From: an uncultured delta proteobacterium
Lineage (GTDB): Bacteria > Desulfobacterota > Binatia > UBA9968
Assembly (NCBI GenBank): GCA_963755715.1
Contig: CAVWLW010000059.1
Coordinates: 128,001-192,000, forward strand
Direction: 5' to 3'
Length of the DNA: 64,000 nt
Both the position numbers and the translations under genes were made by a program. The notes beneath the pieces are model-generated. The model was not told the DNA's origin, did no database searches, and saw nothing but the letters and a program-made list of their open reading frames with translations. Positions within the stretch are counted from its first letter, which is position 1, and each line of letters opens with the position of its first letter. Shown piece after piece: positions 32,165 to 42,226 of this stretch.

Positions 32165-33292
32165 TCAGCCTACTGCTCCCCAAACCTGGCGCGCGGTTTC
32201 TACCACCAATTCCAATTTTTTCTTCTGATCGTCCTCGCTGATCAGGTTTCCACCAACATTTGTCGAAAATCCGCATTGCGGACTGATGGCGAGCTGCTCC
32301 AAAGGAATATATTTGCTCGCTTCATCAATGCGGCGCTTGAGCTCATCGATTTTCTCCAGTTGGGGTGATTTAGTGCTAATCAATCCCAACACAACCACTT
32401 TGCCCTTTGGCACAAACCGGAGCGGCTCAAATGAACCCGTCCGTGGACTATCATACTCCAAGAGGAAACGATCGTGGGCGAGCTCACTGAAGAGTTTCTC
32501 GGCGATCACATCGTAGCCTCCCTCTCTGAGCCACATGCTGTTCCTGTTGCCACGACAAACATGAATTCCTAGAGTCAGTCCATTAAATCCGCGAACGACG
32601 TCGTTATCGACGCAAATAGAGCGATTCAACTCCTCGACGGGGTCCTTACCCATCTGGCGCATCGACTGAACCGAACCGGCGTCCACATAAGCCGCGTATC
32701 TTGGCGCATCGAACTGAAGGTAGCGGCAGCCCGCTTTCACCAAACTCGCGACGATTTCCCGTTCGATCCGCACCAGGTCGGCAATAAACTCGTCGGCAGA
32801 GGAGTAAACGGAGCCGGAGCGTCCGTCATCGAATCGCTGACGATAGTGATCTGCGTTGATCAGCGTCACTTTTGCAGGCTTTTGTGCGACACGACTGACA
32901 AACAGAAATTCCTCGAGAGGAAGGTTTCTGACCAGACGCAGGCGGTCCAAAATCGACCGCCGCACTTCCGGAATCTCTTCGCGCTGGAGCGGGCGGGCAT
33001 TCTTGGCCCGCTCTTCATAAAATTTTGTGTCGGCACGGATTCCGCCAAAGCCCGATACCGACGTGCCAAAACTTTCCTCGAAGTTGAGACGGCGAAATTC
33101 ACCATCCGTGACGATCTCCAAGCCAGCTTGCTCTTGAAGAAGGACCGCCTCGCGAACGGCCCGATCCTCGATCAGCCTCAGCTCCGGCGCGCTGACACTT
33201 CCCGCATCGAAGCCCATACGAGCCTGCTTGAGATAGGCCGGACGCAACAGGCTCCCAACCGCGTCAGTCCTGATCTTTGTAAGATCTTTCAT
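32165..33292 (-). CDS. MetE-core protein, YxjH-like subfamily
   Basis: VGSLLRP, HVCRGN, FLLEYDS.R.G.FEPLRF, SPQCGF. Confidence 0.85.
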   Translation of the reverse strand: MKDLTKIRTDAVGSLLRPAYLKQARMGFDAGSVSAPELRLIEDRAVREAVLLQEQAGLEIVTDGEFRRLNFEESFGTSVSGFGGIRADTKFYEERAKNARPLQREEIPEVRRSILDRLRLVRNLPLEEFLFVSRVAQKPAKVTLINADHYRQRFDDGRSGSVYSSADEFIADLVRIEREIVASLVKAGCRYLQFDAPRYAAYVDAGSVQSMRQMGKDPVEELNRSICVDNDVVRGFNGLTLGIHVCRGNRNSMWLREGGYDVIAEKLFSELAHDRFLLEYDSPRTGSFEPLRFVPKGKVVVLGLISTKSPQLEKIDELKRRIDEASKYIPLEQLAISPQCGFSTNVGGNLISEDDQKKKLELVVETARQVWGAVG

Positions 33293-33361
33293 CGATGATT
33301 GTTCCGTCAACCGTCCTCTTATTAGTTTGAATGATTCATCGTTTCTGTACTCTCTTTTCAC

Positions 33362-33500
33362 CTAGCGGGTTGCTGAAAAAAGTTCGGAATGCTTCGAGAG
33401 CCTCAGCATGAACGGAAAAATCCTCAATGATATTTAAACCCCTCCGTTCATCCTGAGCATCGTCGAAGGACTCCGACGGAGTTTTTCAGCAGCCTGCGAG
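33362..33500. mobile_element. MITE with IS-type terminal inverted repeats enclosing a REP pair
   Basis: CTAGCGGGTTGCTGAAAAA ... TTTTTCAGCAGCCTGCGAG around CTTCGA..CTCAGCATGAACGG / CCGTTCATCCTGAG..TCGAAG. Confidence 0.65.
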
Positions 33501-33574
33501 TGGCTTGCGATCTGAAACGCATAAACGCCGGCTTCCGTCGAAGAGGATCGGGTTAACTAGAATCTTTTCTCCCA

Positions 33575-34654
33575 CTATCTTCCGAAGGCCTCCTTCAGCA
33601 CTGCGAGAACCTTTTCCTTGATCGTCGTGGTGGCTTCGAGGGTATAGGTTTTGATACCGCCGGGGATCGGCGTTCTCCAGGCCGCGTGGTCCGTAGGCAC
33701 GTCAAGGCGAGAGCTTATATAGCCGCTCGCGACGGCAAATTCGGTTTGGCCCTCTTTGCTTAAGAGCCAATTGATGTACACCTTCGCAGCATTGGGGTGC
33801 GGTGCTCGATTGAATAATCCTAGACCGCTTGAACTAGAGCTCAGGCCTGTGCCTTCCTTCAACAGACGAGGATCGACAATGGCGACGGGCAGGCCCTTTC
33901 TCGCCCACTCATCGGCCGTAGGTTCCGAGACACCGATGAGCACCGAATATTTTCCCTTAACGATGCTATCGAGCTCCTGAGTATAATCTCTCATCATGAC
34001 AAGCCCCTGTTTCCCTAGGGCGCGGATATAGTTCGGACCGAGATCCGGGTGGAGATAGAAGAAGGTAAACGTGGCTAGCCCCGGTCCGGCGCGCGTGGGA
34101 TCGTCCGCGACAAGCTTCCCCTTCCATCTAGGCTGCAGCAGGTCCTTATAGGACTTGATCTCCCCTGGCTTCACCACGTTAGGATCGACGAAGAGCGTTG
34201 CGAACAACGATTGCGACATGACAAATAACCGCCGGCCTGGATCGATGTATTCATGTTCTCCGCCGCGCCATCGCTTGGGATCTTTAACGTCCGGTAGAAT
34301 CAGAGCCGGTTCGAGCGGGTCGAGCATTCCCGCAGGAATGAGCGAATTGAGAGCCGTGGTTGTCCCGGTCACGACCACATCCCAGGCGTACAATCCCGCG
34401 CCTCGTTCGGCAGAGAGGCGAGGTCCGATGCCTGGCCCGCGTTCAGCAAAATATTCCACCGTGATCCCATATTTTTGCTGGAAGAGGTTAGCCATGGCAT
34501 CCCGCCGATCTGATCCCGTGGGCCCGATCATAGCGAGCTTCCCTTCGCGCTTGGCTAGCTCGAGCACCTTTTCCCATTCCTGGGGCCAGACCGCTTGACT
34601 GAATCCCAGGAGCAACGCCAACATCAGTGGTATGTGTGATACGCTTCGTCTCAC
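33575..34654 (-). CDS. ABC extracellular solute-binding protein
   Basis: WEKVLELAKREG, PRWKGKL, APHPNAAKVYINWLLSKEGQ. Confidence 0.85.
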   Translation of the reverse strand: MRRSVSHIPLMLALLLGFSQAVWPQEWEKVLELAKREGKLAMIGPTGSDRRDAMANLFQQKYGITVEYFAERGPGIGPRLSAERGAGLYAWDVVVTGTTTALNSLIPAGMLDPLEPALILPDVKDPKRWRGGEHEYIDPGRRLFVMSQSLFATLFVDPNVVKPGEIKSYKDLLQPRWKGKLVADDPTRAGPGLATFTFFYLHPDLGPNYIRALGKQGLVMMRDYTQELDSIVKGKYSVLIGVSEPTADEWARKGLPVAIVDPRLLKEGTGLSSSSSGLGLFNRAPHPNAAKVYINWLLSKEGQTEFAVASGYISSRLDVPTDHAAWRTPIPGGIKTYTLEATTTIKEKVLAVLKEAFGR

Positions 34655-34820
34655 GACTAGGCCCTCCTATACTCGGCGTTCACGACTCGCGACACTTCTG
34701 TGAGCGATACTTTCCATTCCGGACGATCGGGCTCGAGGTTGGAGCTCACTGCATCGCCATCTGGAATGAAGCGGCAGAAGTCCTCAATAGCGCTCGCGTC
34801 TTTGAAACAGTCCGTCGCCG

Positions 34821-35921
34821 TCAGCCCCACACCTTTCTTGCCACTTCGACTACAAGTTCCAGTTTTCGACGTTGGTCGTCGTGAGAGAGGAGGTTTCCTT
34901 GAAGCATGGAGGCAAAGCCGCATTGCGGACTGATGGCTAGTCTTTCGATCGGGATGAACCTCGAGGCTTCTTCTACGCGACGCACAAGTTCGTCTATCGG
35001 TTCTAGGTCAGGGGTCTTGGTAGTGACCAAGCCCAGCACGACTGTTTTTCCCTGAGGAACGAATCGCAGCGGCTCGAACCCTCCCGCCCTCGCGCTATCA
35101 TACTCCAGAAGGAATCGGTCAACGTCGAGAATTCCAAAAATCTTTTCCGCGATAGCATCGTAGCTGCCTTCCTTGAGCCAGCGGCTACGTTGATTGCCGC
35201 GACACAAATGAATCGCCGTCGTAACTCCCGGATTTTTAGCTCCAACAAAACAATCATTGCTGGCGGCTAAGGCTTCGTCGAGTGCAGCCTCAGGATCGAG
35301 TCCCGATTCCCGCATTCGCGCACGATAGCGCTCGTCGACGAAATCAGTGAAGCTCGGCGCGTCCATCTGGATGTAAGGTACGCCGTCTTTGATAAGCGCC
35401 TTGATCTCGTCTTGCAAAATAGCCACGAGATCAGCCGTCAGATCTGTGCGGCGAGGGTAGAACTGATCGGTGACGCCTTTCTGATAGCTGGCAAACATGA
35501 ACTGTGCCGGGGTCGGCAGAGTTATCTTGAACGGCCCCGCGCAGTGGCTTTTGAGAAATGCGCTCTCGTGACCAGCTAGCCTTCTTCTCTGCCGCAATCT
35601 CGCGTCAACAACCTTGCCGCTTTTGACTGTCTCTACTTTGCCCCCGGGCGCCCGCCACTCTATGGAACGGGCGGCTGCAGTGAAGCCGTCGACCGCGTCG
35701 GTCAGGACGTCCAAGAACAAACCGCGACGGTACTCGCCGTCGGTGAAAACATCAACGCCAGCGGCTTTTTGCATTTCCAGCGCGGCTAGAATCGAACGAT
35801 CTTCGACCTCGCGAAGCTGCTCGAAATCTATTCGTCCCTGGCGCAGCGCCGCCCGCGCCTCGATGAGTTCCGGCGGCCGCAACAAACTCCCGATATTATC
35901 CGCGCGGAATTTTGTTGTCAT
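34821..35921 (-). CDS. MetE-core protein, YxjH-like subfamily
   Basis: IGSLLRP, HLCRGN, FLLEYDSARAGGFEPLRF, SPQCGF. Confidence 0.85.
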   Translation of the reverse strand: MTTKFRADNIGSLLRPPELIEARAALRQGRIDFEQLREVEDRSILAALEMQKAAGVDVFTDGEYRRGLFLDVLTDAVDGFTAAARSIEWRAPGGKVETVKSGKVVDARLRQRRRLAGHESAFLKSHCAGPFKITLPTPAQFMFASYQKGVTDQFYPRRTDLTADLVAILQDEIKALIKDGVPYIQMDAPSFTDFVDERYRARMRESGLDPEAALDEALAASNDCFVGAKNPGVTTAIHLCRGNQRSRWLKEGSYDAIAEKIFGILDVDRFLLEYDSARAGGFEPLRFVPQGKTVVLGLVTTKTPDLEPIDELVRRVEEASRFIPIERLAISPQCGFASMLQGNLLSHDDQRRKLELVVEVARKVWG

Positions 35922-35960
35922 GACGTTGAACCTTGAACTTTGAACCTTGAACCGTCTTAT

Positions 35961-36974
35961 CTACCCTTTAATCCCTAGTTCCCGATTGACGGCGCGTTGC
36001 AGAGTAAAATCGAACACCTTCGACGGGGGCACAGTTTCAGTAAGTTTTAATGCCTGCGCTTCTTCAGCGAGAAACTCCTTGATCTCATCATCCGTCGGAA
36101 TACCGGTAGGCGTAAACGCCGGCTTGCAGCGCCGATACCACTCGGTCGCCGTCGCTAGATCGCTCTTCCACATGCGCGCCAGGAGCTCGGTTGTTTCTTT
36201 CTCGTTCTCATGAAAGAAACGCGCCGCCTTCGCTTTCACACGGAGCAGTCTTCTCAGCCAGTCGGGTTGCTCCTGAAAATTCTTCACTTGAACACCGATC
36301 CCTTGTTGGATGCTTGAAAACTTGTCGATGGAGCTTTCCAGGACATTCATTTTGAATTTATCGCGCGCCAGGAAAACATAGGGCGGCGTCAGACCCGCGA
36401 CTTGGATCGAGTTGCTCACCAACGCTTGGAGCTGCGAAGCTTCATCGCCCACTTGCACAAACGTCAGCTCTTTGTCCGAGTCGACGCCATGGAGCGCTAG
36501 CATCTTGCGCGCCGCGCTATGCTGGCTGCCATTGATGGTGGCGATGCCGAGCGCCTTTCCCTTAAGCTCTTTAGCGGTGCGAAATTCGGTCCTAGAGACC
36601 AACCAGAATATCGGCCGGCGTAAATCCACAGACACAACCCGCAACGGCACGCCGCGCATAATCCCGCGCACCGCGCTGCCGACCGAACCGAGAGCGTCCA
36701 ATTCGCCGGCTACACCCGCTGCAATCGCAGCATTCGCGCTCATTCGGATAAGCTGAGGCTCGAACCCTTCCTCGCGGAAGAAGCCCTTATCGCGCGCGAT
36801 GTAGAGTTCAATCGAGGGCATGCCGGTGCTGGACATGCTGACGCTGATCTTTTGCAACGGCGCCTGCGCTCTGGCTAATCCCGCGCCGACTAGAATGGCA
36901 CAAAACACTAGCAATCTACGCAGAACCGTCGTCATGGGTCGTAGTGTCTGATCTTTATGTTGCTCGATTTTCAT
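35961..36974 (-). CDS. NitT/TauT substrate-binding protein
   Basis: KGFFREEG, ELKGKALGI; strong RBS upstream; paralog of 39636-40610. Confidence 0.85.
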   Translation of the reverse strand: MKIEQHKDQTLRPMTTVLRRLLVFCAILVGAGLARAQAPLQKISVSMSSTGMPSIELYIARDKGFFREEGFEPQLIRMSANAAIAAGVAGELDALGSVGSAVRGIMRGVPLRVVSVDLRRPIFWLVSRTEFRTAKELKGKALGIATINGSQHSAARKMLALHGVDSDKELTFVQVGDEASQLQALVSNSIQVAGLTPPYVFLARDKFKMNVLESSIDKFSSIQQGIGVQVKNFQEQPDWLRRLLRVKAKAARFFHENEKETTELLARMWKSDLATATEWYRRCKPAFTPTGIPTDDEIKEFLAEEAQALKLTETVPPSKVFDFTLQRAVNRELGIKG

Positions 36975-37112
36975 TGCTCCACTCCTCCTCCTCACGCTCG
37001 CGTGAGAGTAGTGAATTACCAACAATGATGTCAACTAAAACCAATCCAGCATGGATAGCCGAAAAACCGCTTGACGCCTGGAATTGATTTTCCTATTTTC
37101 CAGCTAGCCCCA

Positions 37113-38093
37113 ATGAAATTGTTTCGTCGGACAAAACTCTTTTTGCTTCTCGGTAGCGCACTGTGGCTGTTTTCGGCCCGCGGTTTCGCCGCCGACAATA
37201 TCCGCATCGCTTTCTCGGCGATTTCACCCACTCAAGGCGTGCTGTGGGTCGCCGACGTGGGCGGATTTCTAAGCAAGAACGGTCTTAACGCGGAAATCAT
37301 CTATACGCGCGCTGCTATAGAGACGCTGGTCGCCGGTGAAGTGCAGTTCGGTCAGATGACCGGTTCGCTCATGTTTTCCGCGAGGCTGCAGGGCGCCGAT
37401 CCCGTGATGATCGCCGGCGTGCAAGATGTTCTCAATGATCGGCTCGTCGTCCGGCCGAACATCAATTCCGTGGAAAGTCTCAAAGGAAAACGGATTGCCG
37501 TATTCCGCTTTGGCTCGGCATCGCATATGCGTTTGCTCAACGTGCTGCCGCGATACGGGATGAGCGAGAGAGACGTCACTTTCCTTCAGGTCGGCGATGC
37601 TCCGGAGCGCTTGATCGCGATCAATAGCGGCTCGGTGGAAGCCACCCTGCTCTCGCCTCCGGAACATTTCGAAGCGGTTCGTTTGGGCATGAAAATCCTC
37701 CTCAATCTGCGCGACCTCAATGTTCCCTATCAGGGAAGCGGCCTGGTGACGACCCAGCGCCTGGTCGCGCGCAATCGCGACCTGGCCAGACGTTTCCTCA
37801 GAGCGTATGTGGAAGCGATCCACGCCGTGCGCACCAACCCGACGCTTTCCAAGCGAGCGTTCGCGAAGTACCGCCAAACCAAGGACGAGAAGCAGATCGA
37901 GGATGCCTATCAAACATTGCGCGAGATGGTGCCACAGAAGCCGTATCCGTCCATTGATGGCTTCAGGACCATCATTCAGGACGCCGCTGCACGGATCCCC
38001 GCCGCCAAGAACGCCAATCCGAGAGATTTTATGGACACCAGCTTGCTCGAAGAGCTCGATCGCTCGGGATACATCGATGCGCTGTACCGCTGA
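37113..38093 (+). CDS. NitT/TauT substrate-binding protein
   Basis: SLKGKRIAVFRFGS, D..L..EL..SG.ID.LY C-terminus. Confidence 0.85.
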   Translation: MKLFRRTKLFLLLGSALWLFSARGFAADNIRIAFSAISPTQGVLWVADVGGFLSKNGLNAEIIYTRAAIETLVAGEVQFGQMTGSLMFSARLQGADPVMIAGVQDVLNDRLVVRPNINSVESLKGKRIAVFRFGSASHMRLLNVLPRYGMSERDVTFLQVGDAPERLIAINSGSVEATLLSPPEHFEAVRLGMKILLNLRDLNVPYQGSGLVTTQRLVARNRDLARRFLRAYVEAIHAVRTNPTLSKRAFAKYRQTKDEKQIEDAYQTLREMVPQKPYPSIDGFRTIIQDAAARIPAAKNANPRDFMDTSLLEELDRSGYIDALYR

Positions 38094-38105
38094 ACGCATC
38101 CAAGT

Positions 38106-38179
38106 TTGGAGTGTTGGAGTGATGGGGGCTAGAGTTCCTAACCCAATACTCCCTTACCTCAATACTCCTGCACTCCATT
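38106..38179. repeat. Inverted TGGAGT octamer element
   Basis: TTGGAGTGTTGGAGTGATGGG ... CCCAATACTCC..AATACTCC..CACTCCA; related run at 60343-60371. Confidence 0.6.
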
Positions 38180-38197
38180 CTTTAGACCGGAGGCCCC

Positions 38198-39358
38198 ATG
38201 AAGCGAAGCACGGATCGGATTCTCGTCACCCATGCCGGCAGTCTGGCGCGACCGAAGGATCTGCTCGAAATGATGGACGCCAAATTGAGCGGCAGAAGTT
38301 ATGACCAAGCAGCTTATGGCAAGCGGATTCGCAACGCCGTGGCCGATATGGTTCGCAATCAGGTGCAATGTGGTATCGACATTGTCACCGATGGCGAGCA
38401 GAGCAAGCCGAGCTTCAACGCTTATTTGATCGAGCGCCTCACCGGCTTCGAAGCGGTGGCAAGCTCGGAAGAACGAATCGCCGCGCGCATGAAGACAGAT
38501 GAGGCGCGGGCGTTCCCGGAGTACTACGAAAAATATTTCGCCGAGCATATGTGTAGCGTCGGGCCGAATCTGCCGGTGGCGTGCACCGGCCCCATCACCT
38601 ACAAAGGACAGGAAGCGGTGCGGACCGACATCGAAAACCTGAAAGCCGCTCTCAACGGCCTTGCGCCCGAAGCGGTTTTCATGCCGGCCATCGCCCCGGG
38701 CTTTTTCAGCAACCAATATTATCCAACGGACAAAGAGTTTCTGTATGCGTTGGCCGAAGCGCTGCGGGTGGAATATCAGGCGATCATCGATGCCGGCTTT
38801 CTTCTGCAAATCGATGATCCATCCCTGACCCGGCTTTATCGGACGGATCCGGCTCTAAGCGTCGCAGATCGAGCGCGAGACGCGGAAATTTACATCGAAG
38901 CGCTGAACCACGCGCTGCGCGGCATTGCGCCGGAAAAGATCCGCTATCACACCTGCTACGGCATCAATGAGGGCCCGCGCATCTTCGATATCGGGCTCAA
39001 GGACATCATTGGCCTCATGCTAAAGGTCAACGCCGAAGCAATTTCCTTTGAGAACGCGAACGCGCGTCATGAGCACGAGTGGCGCCTGTGGGAAGACATC
39101 AAGCTTCCGGCCGGCAAGATTCTGATCCCCGGAGTCATCACTCACTGCAGCAATATCGTCGAGCACCCCGAACTGGTCGCTGAGCGAATCTGCCGCTATG
39201 CCAAGCTCGTCGGACGCGAGAACGTGATCGGCGGGAGCGACTGCGGATTTTCGTCCCAGGCGACGTTTACTCCCGAGATTCACCCCACCGTGGTCTGGGC
39301 GAAGTTTCAGGCGATGGCGGAAGGCGCGAAGATCGCGACGAAACAGCTATGGTCGTGA
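38198..39358 (+). CDS. MetE-core Zn thiol transferase (paralog of 22771-23961)
   Basis: THAGSLARP, HTCY, ENANARHEHEW, DCGF. Confidence 0.85.
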   Translation: MKRSTDRILVTHAGSLARPKDLLEMMDAKLSGRSYDQAAYGKRIRNAVADMVRNQVQCGIDIVTDGEQSKPSFNAYLIERLTGFEAVASSEERIAARMKTDEARAFPEYYEKYFAEHMCSVGPNLPVACTGPITYKGQEAVRTDIENLKAALNGLAPEAVFMPAIAPGFFSNQYYPTDKEFLYALAEALRVEYQAIIDAGFLLQIDDPSLTRLYRTDPALSVADRARDAEIYIEALNHALRGIAPEKIRYHTCYGINEGPRIFDIGLKDIIGLMLKVNAEAISFENANARHEHEWRLWEDIKLPAGKILIPGVITHCSNIVEHPELVAERICRYAKLVGRENVIGGSDCGFSSQATFTPEIHPTVVWAKFQAMAEGAKIATKQLWS

Positions 39359-39405
39359 CGGAAGAACCATTCACTTCGGGGTTAGAAATGCCGCGTGTTA
39401 AAAAT

Positions 39406-39540
39406 GTAGGGGCGCAGCATGCTGCGCCCCTACGGTGAATTTGTCATTTCGAGCGCAGCGAGAAATCTTTCTTCTTTGCCCCAGACTCCGAGCCGGCAAA
39501 AAGCCCAGGGAAAGATTTCTCCTTTCAGTCGAAATGACAA
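39406..39540. repeat. GTAG-type REP palindrome plus a TGTCAT-type REP doublet
   Basis: Perfect GTAGGGGCGCAGCATGCTGCGCCCCTAC (39406-39433); TTGTCATTTCGA..GAGAAATCT / AGATTTCTC..TCGAAATGACAA. Confidence 0.75.
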
Positions 39541-39635
39541 AAGGCAGTCTTTTTTTTGCGTCCTTTGCGGTTAAATTCTTTTTTTCTTTGGTCGCGCGCG
39601 TGCCCGCTGAGACTTTTTCGGCTACATCGTTGCTC

Positions 39636-40610
39636 TCATTTGATCCCTAACTCGCGCGTGACTTCTCTTTGCAAGCTAAAGTCGAAAATCTCGGACGGTG
39701 AAGCAGGCTTCGATAGCTTGAGTATCTGCGCCTCGCTCGCCAGATGCTCTTTGATCTCATCGTCAGTCGGAATACCGTTGCTCGTAAATGCAGGCTTGGA
39801 GGAGCGGTAGGATTCCAGAGCTATTTTTAAGTCGACCTTGTACAGGCGCGCGAGAAATTCACTGCCCTCCCCCTCGTTCTCCAGATAATAGCGATTGGCC
39901 TTGGCCCGCGCCCGCAGAATTTTTTTTATCAGGTCTGGCTTCTCCTGCAATAGCTTGAAGGAAACCGCGAGCCCGCTGTCGATGCCCGCGAATCGTTCGA
40001 GGGCGCTGTCGAGAACGTTCATTTTGAATTTGTCGCGCGCCAGCGCCACCCAAGGCGGGCTGAGCGCGGTGATTTGCACGGAGTTGTTTATCAATGCTTG
40101 GAGCTGCATGGTTTGATCACTGATCTGGATCGACGTGACCTCCTTCTCCGCATCCAAACCGCCCGCCGCCAGCATGCCCTTGGCGCGCGTGTGTTGGCTG
40201 CCGCCGATGGTCGAGATACCGAGCACTTTGCCTTTCAATTCTTTAATCGACCGATATTCCGGTCGAACGACGAGCCAAAACAGCGGACGGCGCAGCGTGA
40301 CCACGACGACCCGCAAAGGCGCGCCGCGCAGGACGGCGCGAATGGCGCTGCCGACGGCCGCTTGTCCGTCCAGCTCGCCGGCGATGTTCGCCGTGATCGC
40401 CAGGTTGGTGCTCATCTGAATGAACTGCGGCTCCAATCCCTCTTCGCGAAAATAGCCTTTCTCCTTGGCAAGAAACAGATCGACGTAATTGACTCCCGTG
40501 CTCGAATAGGCGATGCGCACTCGCTGCGGCGGAGTTTGGGCATCGCTCTGACCCATGGCGAGGGCGAGTAACAGCAGGACAAGAATGATGCGCGAAACGA
40601 TCATAGTCAT
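39636..40610 (-). CDS. NitT/TauT substrate-binding protein
   Basis: KGYFREEGLE, ELKGKVLGI, signal peptide from MTMIV. Confidence 0.85.
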   Translation of the reverse strand: MTMIVSRIILVLLLLALAMGQSDAQTPPQRVRIAYSSTGVNYVDLFLAKEKGYFREEGLEPQFIQMSTNLAITANIAGELDGQAAVGSAIRAVLRGAPLRVVVVTLRRPLFWLVVRPEYRSIKELKGKVLGISTIGGSQHTRAKGMLAAGGLDAEKEVTSIQISDQTMQLQALINNSVQITALSPPWVALARDKFKMNVLDSALERFAGIDSGLAVSFKLLQEKPDLIKKILRARAKANRYYLENEGEGSEFLARLYKVDLKIALESYRSSKPAFTSNGIPTDDEIKEHLASEAQILKLSKPASPSEIFDFSLQREVTRELGIK

Positions 40611-40790
40611 GCGCGCTTGTAATCCAAATTTCGGCCGTTTGTCCAGCGATTTTCTCTCCGCGCTTTGCCCTTGGCAGGTCGCTCTGACTTGGCTAGTATC
40701 ATTGCCAGTTTTCTCGTCATCCATTTGCGCCATTGGATCGGGCAGGCCGATCGCATGCAAATTGAAACTCATTCCTAAGAGGCAAATGCC

Positions 40791-41980
40791 GTGAAAAAAA
40801 ATTATCGTTACATTTCTGCCGACTCCCATCTGGAAATTGACTCAAAGAACTGGCTCCCTCGCGTCCCGGAAAAGCATCGCGACCTCGCGCCGCGACTCGT
40901 TCGCCAGCCCGACGGAAGCGATGCGTGGTTCATCGGCGAGAAGATCAAGCGGCCCGCGGCGGCCGCCGATCTTTATGGCGGCAAGGGACGCGACAACTAT
41001 CTGCCGTTCAATGGTAGATATGAAGGCACGCCAGGCACGGGCAGCGCCGAGCAACGCGTCAGCGAGCAGGATCAGGACGGCATCGATGCCGAGGTGCTCT
41101 TCCCGTCACAACAAGGCGGGCCAAAATTTTGGCGGCGCATCGAAGACGACGAGGCGTATAAAGCCGTCGTGCGCGCCTACAACAGTTGGCTCGTCGAAGA
41201 ATACTGCGCGGTTAATCCCGACCGTCTGATCGGCGTGGGAATTCTCCCGCTCGTGAACAATGTCTCGGACGTGATCGCGGAGCTGGATTACTGCGCCGAG
41301 GTAGGATTGAAAACCGTCTTGCTGCAGGGCTTTCCCAGCGGCAAATCTTATCCGATCCGATGAAGACGATCGCTTCTGGTCACGCGCGCTGGAGTTGAAG
41401 ATGCCGATCAGCGTGCACGTCGATCTGGAGCGCGCCGGCGAACGCAAAGGACCGCTTTTCAAATATCCGAAAGAATCGGACGAGATCATGAAGAAACTCA
41501 CCCACGATCTGGTCGAACAAGTAGGACGTTTCGGCCCGGTGCGCGGCAACGGTTCTATTGCCGCCGTCCAGTGGGTCTTGTCCGGTCTCTTCGACCGCTT
41601 CCCGACTCTGCGCATCTTCTTCGCTGAGAATCAGATCGGCTGGATTCCGTTCTTTTTGCAAGGCGCCGATGTTCGTTACGATCGCCACCACCGCTGGGCC
41701 GATCGACTACTTGGATTGAAACCCATGAGTCGTCCGCCGAGCGAATACATCCGCGAATATTGTTACTGGGGTTTCCAATTCGACCGCGATCGGCGTCGAG
41801 CTGCGCCACAAGATTAACGTCGACCGGCTCATGTGGGGTTCCGACTTTCCACACCAAGAATCCGATTGGCCCGAGTCACTGAAGATCATCGACAAAAACT
41901 TCGCCGGCGTGCCGAACGAAGAGAAAGAGAAAATGGTCTGTGCCAACGCGGTGGAGTTTTTCCGACTCGGCAACTCGTGA
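40791..41980 (+). CDS. Amidohydrolase family 2 protein with two frameshifts
   Basis: ISADSH, YNSWL, ISVH, MWGSDFPH across three frames. Confidence 0.8.
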
Positions 41981-42226
41981 GTTGCTTTCAACACGAAGCG
42001 CACGAAAAACACGAAGGTTATGATCGCTTGATGCGTTCTTATCGAACCATCCCTTCTCCCGTCATTCCCGCGAACGCGGAATCCGGGCTGTTTTAATTGC
42101 CTGCTGGTCACATTCCAAGTTGTGGTCTTCCCTTCGGGCCGCCTCACCACCCTTGGCACATTGATTCGTATTCGTTAAGCTCGGCCATCACGAGCACGAA
42201 CCACGATCACGTTTTCAGGAGAAGCA

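Noticed and set aside
41340-41400. TGA read-through (selenocysteine) or programmed frameshifting in split genes
   Set aside because: Continuation is in another frame, there is no shared slippery or SECIS signal, and indels are scattered
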